Origin: Tubulanus polymorphus
Lineage: Eukaryota; Animalia; Nemertea
DNA: 64,000 nt
Direction: 5' to 3'
Assembly: GCF_964204645.1 (NCBI RefSeq)
Contig: NC_134036.1
Span: 1,054,001-1,118,000 of the forward strand
The position numbers and the translations under genes were made by a program. The notes below the pieces were generated by a model. That model was not told the DNA's origin, did not search any database, and saw only the letters and a list, made by a program, of their open reading frames with translations. This document shows, piece by piece, positions 56,601-64,000 of this stretch. Every line of letters begins with the position of its first letter. The stretch's first letter is position 1.

Positions 56601-57553
56601 TACCATGTTTTGGATCATTTCTGGTCTTTGTTGACGGAGTTTCCTAAACATGTCGAATACGTTAACGAGTCCATCTTTCTTAGCTTTTTCAAGAAGCTGC
56701 TCCGTTGCGATATAACAACCTGTCCTTCCAGCACCAGCACTGAGAACACAACACAAGCCGTAACATTCCTTAACGTCCCCTTAACGGTAAAGGACTGGAA
56801 GATTTCGAATTAATTTACCTGCCATGAATCAGCACAAGTCCCTGATCCGGGTCGGTAAGACGCTGTTTGATGAACTGTTGCATACGAACAACAGATGAAG
56901 CCGGGAACGGTACACCATGATCCGGCCATCCTCGATAGTGACAAACTAACAGATTATGTGCTTGTTTGTGGCCACGCTATAAAATAAATGAAACGTTACT
57001 CATCGAGAGAGACTGGTTATAGACAATACTGATGTCAAACAATCTAACATCAAAACCCATCAGAACTCATTAACTATGTCGGAATACTGTAGTGAAACAA
57101 TGTAACAGCGAAACGAAACCTCATCATAAAATGTTGTTATAATTATCATATCGATGTATACACGTATGAAGTCGTTTGAAATTACAGATAACAGCACTTA
57201 TATAGGTCACTAGATGCCATGGTAAAACAAGAGTATGATCATACCTTTGTAATCGACAGGAAATGAACCACTGCCGGAGGCTCAGTGTGTTTTTCCATTT
57301 TCTCTGCAACTGTCACTGTAATATCTCCATATCGACCTTTTGTATTCAGTTTTGTGGGCCAATATCGATGACACTTCACCTGCAATTGGAATATGAAAAG
57401 ACACATTTTTATGATTCTTCTGTTTCCACAGCACTATTCGAAAGTGTTTTTGCAACCTTCATTTCTTTGCCATGTCCTTCAGTCAGATCGGTGAGTACAA
57501 TAATAGCCGGACATTTCTCTTGCCAAATCATCCGCCAATGGTCGTTGATCGTA

Positions 57554-60215
57554 CGGTTCCTGAACTTCGCTGAAAAAGCTGAAACACTGAAACGCTGAAT
57601 CGCTGAAATAAAAACGCTGAAATTTCAGGGAATTTCCGAAAAACGCCGAAATTTCAGGGAATTCCCGAAAAACGCTGAAATCGTGCTAGGTACCGACAAT
57701 ACACGTTTTGAAATAATATCCGGGCCGGTATCCGCTGCCGAGTCCTGAACCGTCTTTTAGTCTCCACCTTCGGTTACAGAGACATGCATGGGCAGTATGT
57801 GTGGAGTATACTTCTAGAGGGCCACTTGTTGAACAAATTAATTCGCTTGAAATCCGGATTTTTAATGCATACAGGCAGCATGATGAGGAAAACCCTTTCA
57901 CAAACCGTGCAAGCCAACTTAAACACTATGCTCAATATTCCAAGAATATGGTTTACTTCTATCGTTCATGTATAAAACAGGATTATAAGCAACTTTTCTT
58001 TTGTCAACACGTTGATGGGCGACGGACTATGGTATTCTCTGAAGGAGGTAAATTAAATTTGACAGCTAGTTATATAAATGATGCAGCTTTTGGACAAAAG
58101 GGATCTAACTAAATGTCTTTTTAATTCACCGTGGAATGGAATGGATTGACGCCAATGACATGCAGTAGGCCCCTACTTATAGGTCATACTAATTAGCGTC
58201 AACCAATTAATCTAAATCGGGCAAACCATTCAACAACTGTAATTTATTTGCTGTGTTGTGATAATAATAGGTTTTTTTTTTTTTAATGACATACCAACTG
58301 TTAGAAAAATGTACCGATTCTTATTTTTAGACTACTACGGTATCTATAAAAGGAGGAGTCATAGATAAAGTTGATTTGCTCAGCTGGACACACTTCTTGT
58401 CAAGTACATCATCTCAAGTATTGGGTGTTTTGTAAGTTTGATTTCAGTATTTATTTACTAAGTGCTGTTCCCTCGGGCCTCAGTGCTTTCAAACTAGGCC
58501 CACCCCATAGGCTATATCTCCAGAGTGTGTTAGCCACTATTCTTTTATTTCCTACTTTAAATGCACTTTTTTTCTATTTTTAGACTCGGGCTAAGAATGT
58601 GCAAATTTGAGATACTGAGAAATCAGATGGCACTAGTTAACTTGAACTGCGAAATTTGCAGCAGGATAGCTGAACGACACAATTTTTAAAAACAAAATGG
58701 CTATTCGAATGCTATTTCAGTGATAACTTGATTCAACCAGAGAGAAATAAGTCAATTGGGGATGTACAGTACACCCACTTTACTTCCCCGTTTTCCTGGT
58801 ACCAAATATTTTATCTTAAGCTAAGCAATATTCTAAGGTATGCTAGTGAATTTCATTAGAATATAAAGCAATGGAACCAGAATTCAAGCCCGAGTTAAGC
58901 GAACTATTGATTCTGATATAATGTAAGAACTGATTTCTTTTGTGTATTCTTATAATGTGTTAAGTATTATTTTAAGCTGTTAAATAATATAATTAGACAA
59001 ACGTCAAATTATTGGATCTTTCTTGTTGACTCGTTTAATTTTGTGAGTTTAGAGTTCCAGTCAATCCACAATGTGCAGTGCCTAGCCTTCATCTAGTACT
59101 AAAGCCAAGCCTGTGTATGGGAAAACGTTGTTCGACTCTCATAAGCCAGACAAATAAAAACTTGCAATACATTGCAGATAGAAGTCTCCAGCAAGTAGAC
59201 AGAGAAAGTAAACCAGGTTTTACCCCGTACCCTACCCGGCATCTTCACCTGTCAAGGGATTCGAACCCACTACACTAAAGCTGTTCTCCGAACCGCTTGA
59301 CCTCGAGTCGTTACTAGCCGACCAGAATCAGGTCGGGCCAATCACAGCGCTTGTTACAAACGACATTTGGCATCTATGGAATTTCCCGGTAAATGGACCA
59401 ATCAGCGAACACGTAGCGAAAACGGAAGTATTGTCGCGTGTTGATATATGACGTCATTCGCAAAAACGCCGGTAATGAAATCGCGCGTCGTGAGGCCAGG
59501 GGGCAGGTGGAAGCGAGTTTGGGAGCGATACTGGTCTCCTGGCAAGCGAGGATGCCTACCCGGGAACGAAAGACACTCCAAGACTCCTTCCTTGAAGAGA
59601 TTGTAGAAATATGGCACCCAATCGTAGTAATGCTAAGTACAGTATACTATGACGGTTGAACCTTTATTCACACCAAAATAGAATCAAAGTAGTCATAAGT
59701 TCCATGATAGCACTTAATTTGGGTTATCAGGTTCAGCCTTACTAGCTGTACTTTCATTCAGCTACTACTTTTGTATGAGACTTGGCAATGATAAGTTGGA
59801 AGAAATCACCAAATATAAGAAAAAATATTGAGAATTAATATTACTGTAATTAAGAATTTATTCAAATGAAGTGATAATTTCATTGTTAGATCGTACCGGT
59901 ATATGCGCATAAAACAAAAAACACATCTAACAATCCACGCAATCCGCAATCGATCAAGTCGAACATGACGACGACCTCAAGGCATGTCTCTGTAACCGAA
60001 GGTAGAGTCTAAAAGACGGTTCAGGACTCGGCAGCGGACACCGGCCCGGAAAGAATTTCAAAACGTGTATTGTCGGTACCTAGCACGATTTCAGCGTTTT
60101 TCGGGAATTCCCTGAAATTTCGGCGTTTTTCGGAAATTCCCTGAAATTTCAGCGTTTTTATTTCAGCGTTTCAGCTTTTCAGTGTTTCAGCTTTTTCAGC
60201 GAAGTTCAGGAACCG
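57554..60215. mobile_element. Non-autonomous Mutator/MULE-like DNA transposon, 2.66 kb
   Basis: Near-identical ~234-bp TIRs (57554-57787 and 59982-60215, starting CGGTTCCTGAACTTCGCTGAAAAAGC). Perfect 9-bp TSD TTGATCGTA at 57545-57553 and 60216-60224. No transposase ORF recognised. Superfamily is inferred from the 9-bp TSD plus long TIRs. Confidence 0.85.
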
Positions 60216-62230
60216 TTGATCGTAGATGGCAATGGAGCTGAAAGAGCAACCTACATGAGCGTAACATAAAAGAAATCAATTATGAGAAAGGTAACGAGAC
60301 TTACCCTGGCAAGCAATGCATATCACATGACCAGTTAATCCCTGAAAATGAAATATCCACATCATCTACAACAACATTAAAGCACGTGACAAACTTCTTA
60401 AGAACAGAAGGATTGATTTCTTACCCGAATGTAATTGGCATTAATGTAATCTGACGTTGGATCTTCGCCGATTTGTTCCAGAACAACTCTAGTCGAATCA
60501 TCTAGAAAAACAACACAAAATTATCTCAATAGAATGACATAAACTAATACAATAGAAAATATTAAAAAAGCAAAATCAATGGAAGTCAATAGACCTAATA
60601 GAGATGTTGCACTTGTACAAGGCAAGTCTTGTAAATACGACAGAACTTATGTAAACATGATGAACAGGTAATACCTACAGGCCAATATGTTTTGAAACCT
60701 GTTTTTCTTAACATTTTCCACTTTCTCAGCGCAGGCGCTCAATCCACGTCTCAACTTGAGAACACTCTACAGACAAAATAGATCCAAAAGATTGACGTAC
60801 ATGCTACCAGCAAGCCCCAAAGTGCCTTAAAACAAAATAGATCCTGAACATAATCACATGTCTTGCCAATGCGCAGTCCCAACTTCCCAGCAATCCTACC
60901 TGAAATTCTTCATTCATATTCTTCCACTCATCAGAGGTCTTCATTAAGGTCTCTCCCAACAGGTCACAAATCATAATAGCGCCTTTAGAAGCGATGTCGT
61001 AATGATGATCCACGCCATCTTGCTTACCGTGTACTGCTCTCGGATTATCATAGATATTGTAATACGCGGAGCTTTCTATATGGAGAGGAGTCACGAGTCA
61101 TTATAGTGTTAAAACATTGGGCTCCAAATACAAAAGCTTCATTAGACAAACCTATTGATAATGTAGAATTTACATAAGCAGTATTTCCTTTCCTTAGGAC
61201 ACCTCTCACTTTCAATCTTGCCAAAAATTTACCAATACTTTTATCAGAAATATACTCCATGGATACTTCTGCATTGTTCGATGTTTCTTTAGTTTTGAAT
61301 CCACCGCGTCTGGAAGATGTGAAATAGTAAAGGCGTCGAAATTGTGGGAACCTGAATGAGGGGGTCTCGGGGAATCGGACGATCGCTGAATGATGAAATA
61401 TTTGCATTGAATTAAAGAGGTCGCCACTATTCACTCGTACCTCCAAACTATAAATAGAACCACAGACACCAATAACAGTATTAGAACAGCTGCAACAACG
61501 CCACCTATTATTCCTGTAATACCCCACGGTGCCTTAACAATGATTCTCTCTTGCTGTTCTATTGGTGGATAATGCCGAAACGTTTCCTGAACAATGAACA
61601 AGAAAAGGCTTGAGGCTTTCAAATTGTAAATTACAATGTGTATGAAAGACGCATTTAAACTTTGTTTTTTTTTCGTGGAATTATCGAATCCAGATTCTGT
61701 TATTATCATTATTGTTCTTATTATTATTATAATCATTAATCATTATTATCAATTATCAAACACAAGATGAACTCACTCCGTTACAATTCTCAACGACTCC
61801 TAAAATAAAACTGTAAGATTTCCCAGTTTCTAGAGGAGCATTGAAGTAACCACTATAGTTTCGTGTATCACCAACTGTAAACTCAGAGGGCACTTCCGGT
61901 GGTAGAACTGCAGTAATATAAACTGATAATCCTCGCTGTTTAGCTTCTCCGTACGAGACGTACTGTGATTGGTTGACTGCACGCTTCCGGCGACGGTTGA
62001 TTAGTCCATCGTGTTTCTTCACGATCACCTCGTAACCGCTGCAATTCACAGAAAATATTTTTCTTTTAAATCACGCGTTATTTGTGGATAAAGGTTTTTA
62101 GGACACTTACGTAATGTTACCAGTGTTAACACGTGTTATTCGAAGTGTAACAGTCGTGTTTGTTATCGCTGTCTTCTTGACAACCAGTTGAGGAATTGTA
62201 ATTTTACCTGAAATATCAGCAATAGAACTA

Positions 62231-62726
62231 CTGTCTGTCACACCTGCTCTTCGTGCGACGTTTTGATCCGTAATTTCGTTAATAATCGGTTGATCTGTAA
62301 ATATTATGCATCAATATGTTCAGTAGGGAATTTGCATTCAGAAATAAAACATTAACTGGCATAAATTTGTTTGTGTTTTCATCCATCAGCGATAGTTTAC
62401 CCAGCATACGCTCGCGTAATGCTGAAAAACGGCTTTTATGGCCCGTCACGTGGCGCCACCTACTGTATTTTGATATGCTAATGAGCAGGTGATGACGTCA
62501 CTGTAACGTTTCCGAGCGTCGAGCGGGTTTTTCAGCATTACGCGAGCGTATGCTGAGTAAACTATCGCTGATAAATGAAAACAAAAACAACTTTAGTGAA
62601 AATTGTTGTTTATTTCTGAATGCAAATTCCTCACTGAACGAATTGATGCTTAATAAAGGTAGATAAACCGATTATTAACGAAATTAAGGACCAAAACGTC
62701 GCACGGAGAGTAGGTGTGACAGACAG
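62231..62726. mobile_element. Fold-back MITE with TA target duplication (Tc1/mariner-like)
   Basis: TA|CTGTCTGTCACACC...GGTGTGACAGACAG|TA with ~200-bp imperfect inverted arms. A partial copy of one end lies at ~54197-54267. Confidence 0.8.
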
Positions 62727-64000
62727 TAGTAACACGTGTCAATACATACTTGAGTTTGCTGTGTTCTGATTTGTTATAACTACGAGCAATTATCTATAAC
62801 CATTAGATAATTGCTCGTAGGTTAAAACGACTTACCCTTTGTGCAAAAGCTTACACTGTTGGGGCAAAGATTGAACAATTTACTGGTTGTAGGTCAGTTT
62901 AATTGATTGTAAGGAAATACTTTTGTTGGAAGCGTCCGAACATAATGGACTGCTCAATTTCTATCGACATAAATTCGGTTTCAAAATTACTGAGCAGCGG
63001 ACGGATTTGAGCATAGAATTCATTGAGGGTTTACCGACTTAATCTACTGTAGTTTTCTTAATTCAAAGTTTTCGGAGGTTTATTCCGAATTTGTAACACG
63101 GAATTAACAGGTTATTCAATTAAAGGTGATTTTGGGAGGTTTATCCTCGAAATTGTCTTCAAATAATAGGTATGTCCCTAGGGCCCTTCCATACATCTTG
63201 TGTTTGAATTGATGATTAAGAATTTATTAGCTCGAGGGGTTTTACCTGCACATATAGTTAGTATTGGACTAGTCAGACTCGTAGTTGATATAAGTTGACC
63301 GTTCCCTATTTTCTGTAGTCTAACAGCTATCTTATACCCGGTATAAGGAGTTAAACCAGTAATTGTGTGATGTGTAAGGCCTCCTGCAGAGACCTGATTA
63401 GTCCAAGTGTTTTCTGATATCTTACGATAAACGACTTGATACTGAAAGCTGACAGTACCACGTCCTGAATCTACCACAGAACCCGAGTAAGCTGTCCAAC
63501 TGACTCTTACACTGTTATCTGTCAGTGCAGATTTTCGTAATTGAGAAAACAACTTCAATTCTGAAAAAGGAAATTGGTTTGTATTGAAGAATATTTTACT
63601 TTCGGTCATTTTCGATTCATATTGGTTACTCTATTTAGGTAGTTGGAGTGAGATTCCTAGGAATCTATGATTCAGTGTAATATACCTGACTCGCACCACT
63701 TTCCGATGTAATTCTGTGAACAGCCAGATTCACAGATACCACTCAAATAGTTACACCTTTCATTGTTGTAACATCTACATTCAATCATACATCCAAATGA
63801 GTTCGATCCCTTACTGCAACCATCGGGCGCTAAAAAAAAAGAACAAGGAAATCTAAAAGTGATACGGAAAACTATTATTTTCGTGTCCATTTTTCTAATT
63901 TTCGATCTTTGGGAGGTTAATTCTTATTAGTCTCTCAATATTTTTGAATCAATCTCTTTATACCGATAACAGAAAAAAGGAAAAGCAGATACGAAAGACT

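Larger units (their letters stand above)
54885..63829 (-). pseudogene. Receptor-type PTP-like gene, copy C (5' end beyond the window), with a short ectodomain and a D1 exon interrupted by a transposon
   Basis: EGF exon ~63686-63829, one FN3 exon ~63246-63560, membrane-proximal exons, TM ~61441-61587, and D1/D2 exons down to the stop at 54885. The PLPSTINDHW exon is split by the 57554-60215 insertion, and read-through gives STINGS*. Confidence 0.8.

Noticed and set aside
22964-57598. Many + strand ORFs over the receptor array
   Set aside because: They are antisense shadows of the - strand exons.
57801-58112. 103-aa ORF inside the Mutator-like element as a transposase
   Set aside because: Too short, with no recognisable DDE or zinc-finger motif.
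59250-59330. tRNA gene (GGTTCGAATCCC on the - strand; similar motif at ~11215)
   Set aside because: Only a B box is convincing and I could not fold a cloverleaf.

Overview
AT-rich, intron-containing animal DNA, probably a marine invertebrate or lophotrochozoan (a guess from gene and repeat content). The left third holds two housekeeping genes on +: the 3' part of DPP9/DPP8 (12 exons, 4490-9991) and a complete PSAT1 (9 exons, 11541-15478), with introns full of MITEs and minisatellites. The rest (22.1-64 kb, - strand) is a tandem array of paralogous receptor genes built as signal peptide, EGF-like, F-type lectin, EGF, FN3 repeats, TM, Tyr-motif juxtamembrane tail, PTP D1 and PTP D2. Main observations: (i) in all three copies with a cytoplasmic region the D1 catalytic Cys is Gly (HG[R/S]AGAGRTG) while the WPD loop is intact, and D2 is degenerate, so these look like receptor pseudophosphatases; (ii) the four lectin domains share a framework but differ by in-frame indels in the loops around the sugar site; (iii) one paralog has lost a splice donor and ends as an intact ~513-aa secreted ectodomain; (iv) ectodomains are reshuffled between copies; (v) one copy is interrupted by a young Mutator-like insertion. 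Together this suggests a diversifying glycan-recognition receptor plus decoy locus (inference). Penelope-like remnants with hammerhead motifs and a spaced CArG-box cluster are also present. Exon boundaries were read by eye and may be off by a few bases.
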